Source: Kudoa neothunni
Lineage: Eukaryota; Animalia; Cnidaria
Length of the DNA stretch: 64,000 bases
Direction of reading: 5' to 3'
Assembly: GCA_964304625.1 (NCBI GenBank)
Contig: OZ199838.1
Span: 1,024,809 to 1,088,808 of the forward strand
Shown here: positions 14,395 to 26,629 of the stretch, one piece after another
How the letters are laid out: every line of letters begins with the position of its first letter
How positions within the stretch are numbered: the first letter of the stretch is position 1
Notes under the pieces: model-generated
What the model was told of the DNA's origin: nothing
The model's input: the letters and a program-made list of their open reading frames with translations, nothing else
Databases searched by the model: none
Translations under genes and position numbers: made by a program

Positions 14395-16017
14395 TTATTT
14401 ATACCAACATATAAAAAACCAGGCTTTACATATCGTAATATTCACTTGAGTGTCTGTAGGTGGTGCAACAGGACTTGAAACAGAAACAGTACCAATAGAT
14501 GCAGAGCTTTCTTTAACAAGCGTTACGCCGTGCCCGTTTGAAACACCATCACCTTGCGCATTATCCTGCCCTCTAGTTACCAGAACGCCAGGATTACTAT
14601 CGACCTCCTGAGTAACGTCATGAGTGTTCACCTGTTTAGGAAGATCAACATCGGCAACAGTGGCAGTCAAGGGAGTTTTACAAATAGCTTCACATTCTCC
14701 ATTGTCTTTAAAGTTATTCAAGTTCATTTCTTTTCCGTTAGATGTAAACGGTTTACAGGACTTTGCATCTTGTCCAGAAGTTTCATAGTAAAATCGTTCT
14801 ATCTTGTATACATCGTTTTCACCAGCAACTCCTACCTTCGGTTGGTTACACGCATCAACAGCTTTAAGTTCACCAACGTGAGCAGCTATTTTATTAATTT
14901 TCATATAATAAATAAATATTTATATTTTAGAAATAATGAAATACTGGCAGGGCAATAACTTGCGCATAGTTCCACTGAACTAAATATATTATTCTCTCCA
15001 TCGTCGACTTTGACAGTTGCACCAGGGGCTAACGTCAAAAAAGGGAGGCAAGCCTTTCTTTTTTTGTTAAAATAGTAATATTCTTTTAAATCTGCTTTAT
15101 TAATACCAGTATTTGGTGGTGGCACTTGGTAGGGGCTGGTTGCGTTGCAAGCAGCAACGTAGTCAGCTACATGTAATTACATATGAGTTTCTAACACAAT
15201 GAATACTAATGCATATATCTGCACATGTTGGTAGATCATCAAAATAACCCCTTTTAGCATCCATACCTACAGCGGCATAAACACATTTCTTTTTGTCTTT
15301 ATGGAGGATAATTCCTATTTTTGGTGTTGCATTATCCACTTCTGCTGCGAATAGACAATCAAACTTATTGGGAACTTTTGTCAACTCTTCTTCCTTAGCT
15401 TCCCCTTCGATCACACTATTTTTTCGATCTAAAATAATTTTCTCAAAATTCTTTTACAAATTGTATATGCTTACTTTGGCAGGCATTTTTACATTCAGTT
15501 TCTGTTTCAAAATTATTGGCATTCCCGCCACATCCGCTGTACTCGAATTCGTAGCAAGAGTTTGTAGCGCCGCCTTTGACAGCAGATTTTGAATAATACC
15601 ATCTGACCATTTTATTTTCCTCTGATAACTTACATGAACCCTTTGATACTTCTAAGTCACAAGAATTTGATTTCTCTTCAGGTGTGAATTTTACTAGTTA
15701 ATGTATTAAATTACGTAAATAAATAATCAATTACGATGGTTTTCACAAACAGCCTTTGATACAAAATTATTAAAATTTCCAAGAGATCCCAAATATTTGA
15801 ATGGTTTGCATTTGGCGATATTAACGTCTATATACCATCTATCAACTACGGCTGCATCTCGCTGCTCTTCAGTCAACCAAGAAGGAGGAGCACCAGCATC
15901 CAATTCATAAGAATCCAAAGCTCGTTCTATTATTAAATAATTATATTTATTTTAAATATCGTGATAACCGAGTGAAATAGTTGTTACAAAAGACGAAAAT
16001 ATCAAAATATTAATCAT
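14395..16017 (-). CDS. Secreted penta-Kunitz protein, copy 3 (6 exons)
   Basis: ATG at 16017. Exons 1-3 match copy 1. Last exon ends CKAWFFICWYK*. Confidence 0.9.
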
Positions 16018-16453
16018 TGTCTAGATGATTGTTACTTCAATTAAATCAGGTTCGTATTTTTACGAAGTAATATCATGCATTTAAGAATACTTTTTACCAA
16101 TTGATACATAAAAGAACCATAATAAATTGTATAATACTATTATTCTATTTATATGATTCTAATTATCGGTATACAAATAATTGTCAAAAATATAAAATCC
16201 TGAAATTCTAAAAAAACTTCTTATATACACAAAATATATTTTATAAATCAGTTTTATAATGAACTAACGCTAATGCCCAGCTTTGCCTGGTACTGTGTGA
16301 CGAATAACTTTAACTTTTAATTTAATTTTTGAACGGATAAATTCTATGGTAAAGTTAATTTGATTGACATATTAAACCCAGTAGTTTTGATTTTCTAGTT
16401 TAATTGATGTATTTTAAAGCTTGTCATTATTTTAGCAGTGTGATGATTTAGAT

Positions 16454-18535
16454 CAGGGTGGACATGATACGATCCGCCATATTAATTGAAAACTCTACCG
16501 AAGCTTGATAGAGAACATTTTGTTAATTCACCCGTCTTTGATACATTTTGCAATTAGTTTCTCTCTAAAAGGTTTTGGTTTAATACAAATACTCTTCAAC
16601 TTTTTTTAACTAAGCTCATATTTGGTATACCTTGCTTTAATAGCAATCGTAATTTTAAATTTTAAAATTGGAATTCCGAAAATGTATAATATTATTGGAA
16701 GAATATTAGGATTATTTGAGAGTGACTCATGAATTTTGACGTTGAGATTCGCAGGCATGCCACGCTACAAAGGTTAGTGGATGAAACAACTTTGAAAACG
16801 AAATAAATTGTAATTTGTATTTTTGAAGTCGCTTCTCCTAAAAAACTAGCCTACAGTAAGAAATAAGAGCAGACCGTACCGAATAATCAAGTTTAATTAG
16901 CTGTATAAAATCCATTCGCTGATTCTGAGTTTGTGAAATCATGTTTGGTTGAAATAGCTGAAACTGTTTGTCCTGCGGTAAAAAGAATTTGAATCAATTC
17001 CACTGTCAAGGAGAACTATTGTACGCAGGGTGGACGCTATTGCTGCGAACTTAAAAGAAAAGCTATTGGGCGTGACAGAATCCTTACATTAATATTTGTT
17101 AATGTTAGTCGAAAGTACAGACTTATGTGATACATCGCAATTGCTTATTTTTATTCGTGGCATTGATGAATATTTTAACATCACAGAGGAGCTTCTATCA
17201 ATGGAAAGTCTTATAAATACTACTACTGCACAAGACGTTTATGAGAGTTTTATTAATCGCTTGGAAAAATCTCGATTATACCCTTATAAACTTGAAAGTA
17301 TAACAACGGACGGAGCCCCCACATTAATTGGGAGACATCGCGGTCTTGCTAAACTAATGAGTGAAAAGATTAAACAAAACTACCGGCACCACAAACTACT
17401 TTCTTTTCATTGTATAATTCACCATGAAAGTCTCTGTAAATCAAAATTGGACCTAAAAATGTCGTTGATTCGGTCACAAATGCTGTAAATATAATAAGGT
17501 CGAAGGAACTGAACCAAAGGCAGTTCTGTAGTTTTTTGGAATATATGGAATCTGACTCTTTTGATGTTTTGTATCTTAGCAATATACGATGACTAAGTCT
17601 TGGAAACGTTTTAAGACGGGCTTTGAGAACTTAAAGATGAAATTATAATTTTTTTTTAAATAAAGATATTAATTGTGATTTAAACACCAAACTTCAAGGA
17701 AAGAGTGTTTACGCTCATGATATGTATGTGGAAGTCAGTTCATTTGAAATAAAGTGGAAACTTTTCGCGAATCAACTTTCAAATCAGAACTATGCATATT
17801 TCCCTTGTCAAGAAACTCAGTGTGTGAATGGCATATATGCAGAGAAATACAGTGAGAAAATATTAACTTTAAAAGAGGAATTTGGAAGGAAATTTCTAGA
17901 TTATAAAAGAATGAAACCACAATTCAACTTGTTAAAGTCTCCGTTTACATATGATTTCGAAAAAGCTACTAATGAGTTACAATTGGGAATTATAGATCTG
18001 TAATCAGAAATTATGATAAAGTCTATATTTGAAAATAAAAGCATAGTTGATTTCTATCGAACATTGAACCAAGTAAAATTTTTCAATCTAAAAAACTTTT
18101 CAAGAAAGCTTTTTGTTTTGTTCGCATCTACATACATATGTGAACAAACTTTTTCCGTTATGTGTATCAAGAAATAAAAAAAAAAGATATCTTTTGACTG
18201 ATTCGGACCTCCAGACTGTCCTAAGAATCAATACACGCAACCGAGATCTAAATTTTGAAAAATTAGTTAGCGATCGTAGTAGATTACACCTATCTGATTG
18301 ATTATTATTCATTCTTTCCAAATTTTATAATGTAAATTTGTTTATGCTTAAAAAATTATATTCAAGCGATTTTTTACATTTGGCTAATGTCAGTCTACCT
18401 TATATAATATTGAAGTACTAGAAATAATCTTATATATTCATTTGATTAAGTATATTGACTTTGCTATAATCCTACCTGTGTCTTATGAACAATTCCTGAA
18501 ACCGGCTCATTCCAAAATATAACTTTACACCCCTA
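16454..18535 (+). mobile_element. hAT DNA transposon (Buster/SPIN/GTF2IRD2-like transposase, inactivated)
   Basis: Perfect 8-bp TSD ATTTAGAT at 16446-16453 and 18536-18543. Ends CAGGGTG / CACCCCTA. Transposase fragments ESTDLCDTSQLLIFIRGI, SITTDGAP and HCIIH, with stops and frameshifts. Confidence 0.92.
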
Positions 18536-19701
18536 ATTTAGATAAACAAAAATATGCGAACATTTTACATTCATGTATAAATAGAGGTATTGAGAGAAAG
18601 TGATGAGTATTTTTAAAGTTTATTTTACAAGTTATTGACCAATAATATAATAATCTTAAATTTATGAGCAGTGTAATTAACGATTAAATTTCATTTATTT
18701 ATTAAAAAAATCATTAAGTAACTTAAATAGGACTTTCAATTTTTTTTTTAAATTATGAGATAAAAATTAATCCTCCTAATTATAAAATTCATTATTAGTT
18801 TACAAACAATAAAAAAATAAAAGAGACCAAAGGTGGATCAGAAATAAAAATATTGATTGTTACTCCTTTTTTGAAATTTTATAAAGGATTAGCACGCAAT
18901 CCCCGATTTTGCGTAGGCTCCCATGCCCGGTCAAGTAGACTAAAGCCTTGAGAAGGCCAAGCTCATTTAAAATTCAAAGTAAATTAAGAGTTTTTGGATA
19001 AATAATAAAATGATTACACAAATTAAGCATGATTTATTTTACTAATTTGTCATACTAAGGGAACTTAATCTTAATTCATATCGCAGTCCCTTCTTGTAGA
19101 GATTTTACAGATTGTACACCATGAAATCAACATTATTTAAACAGTGCAAAAGATAACCACTAGTTTAAAATGTTAATTGAATGTTATCAATGTGATGATA
19201 CGTATATTTTGATAAAAAAATTAAATTTACACACATACAAACAATACAACTCCACGTGTGTAGATAGATCGAAACCCCGGATTTTCCGGGGAGCGGGTTA
19301 ATTTAAATAAAAAAAATGTATTAATCCTCTTATATAACTCTTGTTTGAACCGAATAAACCCATAACTTTCTTATAATGTCAACCTTTTGACAATCACATT
19401 AAGCAAAAATATTTGTTCTGTAGAATTACCCGGCTTAACCTCATATTGAAATTATTTATTTATATAAAATCAAATTATCTTTATTTTTCAACTTATCTAT
19501 CGATTAAAATCTTTAATACATATGTAACCATAATATCGCTCTTTTGACGATAGTGTTAATCGAAATAAGCAGTAATATTTTTCTCCTCTTTATTTTTACC
19601 TTGAATGGATTTTATGTACATTTAAAAATCAAAATTTCTTAAAACTCGGTTGAAGTTTTATTCGTTTTAACTAACCTACCGATTAAACCATTAATATAAA
19701 A

Positions 19702-21450
19702 CAAGTGTTCCCAACCTGGGTTCTATGACCCACATAAGGGTCATGAAAAATTTTCTGAATAGTTTGGACGGCTCGGACCCATGTCGTGAAGATTGCCCTT
19801 AAGATGGAGAATATTATTCAACTTTTAGACTCAGGATATACTGATATAACATAAATATTAGATTGATATAAGTTACATGATGTTTTATGAATAACAAAGA
19901 ATATATCAAAATGGGAAACGGTAAAAAAACTTATCTTACCATGCTACCTGAAACTTTCTACACGTTACCTAAATCGGCAATACTCATTCATTCGTTCGTT
20001 TGTCTTAGGCAAAAACGACAATTTATTTAAATAAAAATCAGACACAGAATAGAGTTAATTTTTCTATTCATTAAATTTTAGACACGCAACTTTTCACGTA
20101 TTTCTTGGACCTATTTATTTTCATGGTACAGAGCGGTGTGAATTTATACGTTACTCAATTTTTAATTAGTTAATATTTTTAAGAAACTATTGTAAAAATA
20201 TTTACATGAAGCGAAAATTTTTGGAGTGTATATTTAATATTAAAATTAACTATTAAATCTGAAGCTATTTACAGCACTTCAATTTTCTCGCTTAATTAAT
20301 AACCTTAATATAGATATTATAAGTATTATCCGTCCGAAAATCTTCTATAGAAAGAATTTTGTTAGCTCATAACACCATTTTAGATAAAATTAAAAATTTT
20401 TATTATTTGAACTAATGTGTTAGTAGCTGTTTACGAAAATATTATCCGCACGTTCAAACGATATTTTTTACAATCCTTATATGCCAGTCCTGTTGTTCAT
20501 GATCAACGAAATAAACTTTTAAATATTTTATTTAACATAGAAAATTAATATAGAACTAGATTCAAGTTATAAAAGATTCAACTTTGATAAATAATGTGCC
20601 TATGTTTAAAAATATAAGAAAGTATTGGAACATATAACAATTTTAATTTAAGAAGAAAATTGGAATGAAATATAAAACAATTTGAATTGCAAATGTATTT
20701 TTTCACATATTTTAGGTTCATTAATGGAAATTAAATTGGCGTGACAATTGATGTGAAATAATTAACTTATATTTTAGTTTTGACGACAAAATTAATGTAA
20801 AAAAATATATTTTACATCAATAACCAGTGGGTCGTAAGTGAAGCATGCTCATTCACATGAAGTAGAATGAACTCCTAATTATTCTGAAATCGGATATTTG
20901 GAAGACATTGAAAATTTAATTTTATTGAATTTAAAAGAAATATAAAAAACATGTTATTTTATATTTTATGTGGATAGAGATAAAGTATAAATAGAAACAT
21001 ATGTTGTGTTCATTGCATTGAATATTGAGGAAAAAAGTCAACAAATACGAATAATTCTTAAATTTTTATTGATGATATCATTGAGCCCACAAACTAATTT
21101 TGTAAGAATTACTAATAATAAATATTTCAAACAGAAGAATTATGGTAAAAATAATTAAAATACGAGAATATCACGAAAATCATTAATAATCTAATGTGAT
21201 AAGTCGATAAAGGAGTAGACCAATGGTTTAAAAATATTGGATTCAAGTGAAATATTATTTCAAAAGAACAGTAAAATTAGTGCTAAATAATATTTTTATA
21301 TTAACGGAGTTAAAATAATTATGATAAAGTATATCATTAAAATTATCAAATATAATATTGGATATAAATATAGTTTAAAAAATAACTTTAAATCTAATAA
21401 ATACTCAAAATGTTTATTGTATCACTGCTAAAAAAGGTTGGGAAACACTG
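19702..21450. mobile_element. Non-autonomous hAT-like element, copy A
   Basis: TIRs CAAGTGTTCCCAACCT (19702) and AGGTTGGGAAACACTG (ends 21450). No ORF. Homologous to 22241-24176 in inverted orientation. Confidence 0.75.
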
Positions 21451-22240
21451 ATCAAAACTTTGTAAACAGTGTTTCATATAAAGAAAACATATTAATTTAA
21501 ATTTAAATCAATACAAAAAATAATAAACACCTATTCGCAAAAACTAAAATTTTAATGTAAATAATTTTGTTATCTAAATTAACCTCCCGTTAAAACAACA
21601 TACCCTCGTTTACACCTAGTTCATCGCCTACGCAAGATAAAACGTTATTGCACGGTGTAACTATGTTCTAAGTGTAGAAAGAGTAAAATTACAATGTTAT
21701 TAACGAATATATATTAGATGAAAGTTCAATGTAACCACACTTTCACCGACACCATTAGGAAATCATGTGTGGTGGTCATCTCATTATCATCATCTCTAAT
21801 CTATGTACAAAAAGTTTACACTACAAATTCACCTCATTATAAGCATTCAGAACACTTTAATTTATTTTTGTAGTTAATTCTGTATCTTTTAAAGTATATT
21901 AAATGACACATTAATTAGAAAAAGGCATTGTATAAGGAGAAGATTTGTGGATACAGACACTAATACATTATAAATATAGATTTTTTAAGAGAATAGACGA
22001 AAATAAATAAGATGTAACAAATGTCACGATATAATAATAAATAGGTTCGTGGAGTCCATTATTATCATTTAGGAGTTAGCAAAATTTATTCAAAAATAAC
22101 ATTAATGATGCTTATTTTTGATTATACTCAAGTTTTCCTATTTATCGATCAATATTGTTGACTCATACATAAAATTATTTGTTATAATTGAAAAATGACC
22201 AATAAATTTCATGGAAATTTTCTATAATTAAGAATGTAAA

Positions 22241-24176
22241 CAAGTGTTTTCAACTTTTTTTAGCTATGACCCATATATTTTCAAAAAAATATCCTGTGAC
22301 ACACGTTAATATCGTAAATGATTAATCGAATTTAACGTTAACAATTTTAATTTTATAATAATATTTATATCCAATATTATATATAATGAAAATTTTATAA
22401 TGATTTAAATCGTATACGTTTATAATAATTCTTTTTAATTTATTAATTTAATTGAGCATAAAATTTACTTAGATTATTTAAGTTTGAATATTTTTTTAAA
22501 ATTAATATTATTATACTATCATGTTTGTCTTGCGTCGATTTATCACTCTTGCATTATAATTATCTCCGCTGAATTATTATATTCAAATTGATGTTTTAAA
22601 TATATTTCATTCGTAACGATTATTTTTTTAGGTCCCATGGTATCATCTATAAAGTCAAAAACTACTTGGTTTTAATAATAAAAAATTCAATATAAAAAAG
22701 TACAAATTATTAATATAATACTTGTATCTATTTAATGGAGATATGATTAATCACATTAATAAATAACATACTAGTTTGATGTAGCATTGTATGATGACCT
22801 ATTTCAATATAACACTAATTATATTGTTTATTAATGTTTTTTTATATAAAAACAAATATTTAGACACAAAATATTGTTATTTATTTTTAAAAACTTTAAT
22901 AAAAAAGTTATGTTTATTAAAATATTCAACTTAAATATATGAAAATTAATCATTTAATTCAGGAATAAAATCAAATAAAATATCCATACCAAGGATATAT
23001 ATAGCAACAGTTAGAAAATTTACGTATTTATTAAAATTTTTAAATTAGGAAAAAAATTATTACCGCGTAAAATTATTTTGACTTATAAATTTTTTATTAA
23101 TTTTTGAGGTTCTGACAAAATTTTAATTCATTAATTTTCATCAGCGATCATGATTTTATTTTCTTAATAATATACGTTATGCAAAGTCAAAAAATGTTTA
23201 AAACACGCGAATACAAATTTAGGTGCAATTCCAAGTCGTTTAAAATTATCCATTGACAATTTTTTTAATTAATTAAATATATATATATTTTGTTAGATTT
23301 TGATTGAATAATAAAATGTCTTTTTGATTAAATGTTATTAATTTAATTTATTTCGTCAATTATAAATAATATGACTGGCATATAAGGAAAGTAGAGAAAT
23401 ATAGTTAGGATGTGTGGATTATATTTTCATGGAATGTATAGAAACACATTATTTTGCATAATAAAAATTTTTGGTTTCATATGAATTAATAATATTATTA
23501 AATAAAATTCTCTTTGTAATATAATTTCGGACAAATAATGCTTTGAATGTCTAGATTTGAGTTGATAAATCGGCGAGTGAACTGAAGTATTAGAAAATAA
23601 CGTCAAGTATTAATAGCTAATTTAAATATAAAGTGTAGCTTTTAAACATACTCGTCTCATTTAAATATCTTATGGATAATTTTATTTATGTATTAAGTAA
23701 TTAAAAATAGAAAATAACCAAGTAGTCAAATTGCCTTGTCATGAAATTAACCAAGTATAAGGAATACATGAATAACTGTGTCTAAAATTTAATGAATAGA
23801 AAAATTAACTCTCATCTGTATCAGATTTTAAAGTTAAATAATTTTTCGGGTGCATAAAAAAACAAACGAACGGAAATGTGAATATTGCCTAATTGGAACA
23901 TGTGTTGATTATTTAAGGTCGAATGATGAGTGAAGCTTTTACTGTTTTCCATCTTGAAAAGTGTTCTGCCCTTCATAAAACAAAGCTACTTATCTTAATT
24001 CAATATAGTATATTTATTAAATTAACATAAATCGAGTGCAAAAGTTATAATAACATTTTCTATCTTGAGGGTATCCTACACGGCATTGTTCCGTGTTCTC
24101 CTGCACCTACTAAAGTAGTCGAAAAATTTTTCATTGTGCAAATGTGGATTATATGATCCTAGGTTGGGAAACATTG
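22241..24176. mobile_element. Non-autonomous hAT-like element, copy B (inverted relative to A), inserted in the 3' flank of Kunitz copy 4
   Basis: TIRs CAAGTGTTTTCAAC and AGGTTGGGAAACATTG, with ATGTAA on both flanks. Shares GAGTTAATTTTTCTATTCATTAAATTTTAGACAC with copy A on the opposite strand. Removing it rejoins sequence colinear with 14070-14170. Confidence 0.75.
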
Positions 24177-24293
24177 ATGTAACAAAAATATGAATTATTG
24201 ACAATCGATCATAATTTTCCGCCTTAATTCATAGAGGGAAAAATTCCACTCATTATTTTAATATGTTTAATCTAGATAACATTATTTATTTAA

Positions 24294-24785
24294 CCCATCC
24301 ATACCTGAAAATCAAGTTGTAATAATTTATTTTTTATAAAGAAAAAGAATATTTATATTTTTAGTAATAACAACATAAAAATTTTGGCGATATTTAATTA
24401 GGAACCATATCTAATTAAATGATGTCTTATTGCAACAAGCATTAAGCTACTACTCCAAACTAGAGTTCTTAAAGATATATGATCTATACAAAATTTTGTA
24501 AAAAAGAAGTACTATTTTATAATATTTTTTTTTAAATGCAGTTTAAATAATAATTAGAGTGTAAAATTAGTGCCGTAAAATAACCTTTTTATTGTTTGAA
24601 AATTTGCAATTTATGACATATTTTCATTAACTATGAAACTTTAATAATTATCTAATATGGCGTTTGATAGATGAATAAAGACTAATTTAACTTTTTTTGG
24701 AATGTCTCAGCTGTTATATAATACTCATTGAGAGATTATAAAAACAATCCGATGTTGCCATATCGTAACATTAGGCGTGAAATGG
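24294..24785. mobile_element. Small TTAA-flanked MITE-like insertion (piggyBac type)
   Basis: TTAA|CCCATCCATACCTGA ... TTAGGCGTGAAATGG|TTAA, an imperfect TIR. Absent from the other spacers. Confidence 0.45.
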
Positions 24786-24995
24786 TTAATGAAGATTTTG
24801 ATATATATATATATATATAATATTCAAAATTTAAAAAAGAAAGAATAAGATTCGAGAAATTAAATTTTATAAAAAGAGAAAATTTAAAATTATTCGTTTA
24901 TAAGCTTTTTCATTGTTTATTGATATTACTAGTTCTGTGGTTTTTTGTTCGATAATAACCTATATTAACATGGTTAGCTTCACTTTAGTAGTAAT

Positions 24996-26629
24996 TTATT
25001 TATACTCGCACAACCATAACCAAAATATACATTTTTCTTCCTCAGAGGTTTTATTTGGTGTAGCAGAAGTCTAAACAAAAGCATTATTAATATATACAGT
25101 ATCAACGTTAATGGATACGTCTACTTGATTTAAATCACCAACCGTATTAGTGTGTCTTTCTCCGTCAGTAACCTGAGGGCCTGAATTCTGATCGCTCAAC
25201 GCATCGCCGACTGGTATGGTCTGAAGACTAGAAGGATTAGCACCGCCATCCGTAGTAATGGCAGTAACAGTGATAGTCAAGGGGGTTTTACAAATAGCAT
25301 CACATGCACTTTTGTCTTTAAAGTTATTCAAGTTCATTTCTTTCCCATTAGATCTAAATGTTTGACAAATCTTCTCACTTCCTTCAGAAGTTCCATAATA
25401 AAATCGTTCTATGTTATATATATCGTTTTTGCCAGCAACTCCTATCTTTGGTTGGTTACACACATCAACAGCTTTAAGTTCACCAACGTGAGCAGCTATT
25501 TTTTTAGTTTAATATCGTAAATAAATATTTATATTTTCGTTGTAATAAAATACTGGCAGGACAATAACTTGCGCATAGTTCCACAGAACTAAATATATTA
25601 TTCTCTCCATCGTCGGCTTTGACAGTTCCACTAGGGGCTAACGTCAAAAAAGGGAGGCAAGCCTTTCTTGTTTTGTCAAAATAGTAATATTCTTTTAAAT
25701 TATCTTTAGTTATAACATTATTTAGAAGTGGCACTTGGTAAGGGCCGGTTGCATTGCAAGCGGCGACGTAGTCAGCTACATGTGATTACATATGAGTTCC
25801 TAACATAATGAATACTTATGCATATATCTGCGCATGTTGGTAGATCATCAAAATAACCCCTTTTGGCCTTCATACCTACAGCGGCATAAACACATTGCTT
25901 CTTGTCTTTATGGAGAATAATTCCCATTTTTGGTGTTGCATTATCCACTTCTGCTGCGAAAAGACAATCAAACTCATTAGGGACTTTTGTCAGTTTTTCG
26001 TCATCAGTGACATCCACGACCTTACTGTTTACTTGATCTAAAATAATTTTCTCCAAATTCTTCTACAAATTGTATACGCTTACTTTGGCAGGCATTTTTA
26101 CATTCAGATTCAGTTTCAAAGTTATTGGCATTCCCGCCACATCCGCTGTACTCGAATTTGTGGCAAGAGTTTTTGGCAACACCGCCTTCGATAGCAGATT
26201 TTGAGTAATACCATCTGACCGATTTATTTTCCCCTGATAACTTACATGAACCCTTTGATACACTTAATTCACAAGCATTTGATTTCTCTTCAGGTGTGAA
26301 TTTTACTAGTTAATGTATTAAATTACGTAAATTAATAATCGATTACGATGATTCTCACAAACAGCCTTTGATACAAAATTATTAAAATTTCCAAGAGATC
26401 CCAAATATTTAAATGGTTTGCATTTGGCGGTGTTAACGTCTACGTACCATCTATCAACTACAGCTGCATCTTGCTGTGGTTTAGTCATCCAAGAAGGAGG
26501 AGCACCAGCATCCAATTCATAAGAATCCAATGCTCGTTCTATTATTAAATAATTATATTTATTGTAAATATCAAGATAACCGAGTGAAATAGTTGTCATA
26601 AAAGACGAAAATATCCACAGAATAATCAT
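24996..26629 (-). CDS. Secreted penta-Kunitz protein, copy 4 (in-frame TAG at 25071-25073 is either a premature stop or the acceptor of an extra intron)
   Basis: ATG at 26629 and the same exon structure as the other copies. After the TAG the same frame continues TSATPNKTSEEEKCIFWLWLCEYK* (TAA at 24996-24998). Confidence 0.85.

Noticed and set aside
3952-15592. Three identical 99-aa plus-strand ORFs (MSLWRIIPIFGVALSTS...) that look like a secreted peptide family
   Set aside because: They are antisense shadows of Kunitz exons 3-4, start at TTG, and are not open in copies 4-6. Their identity reflects the duplication.
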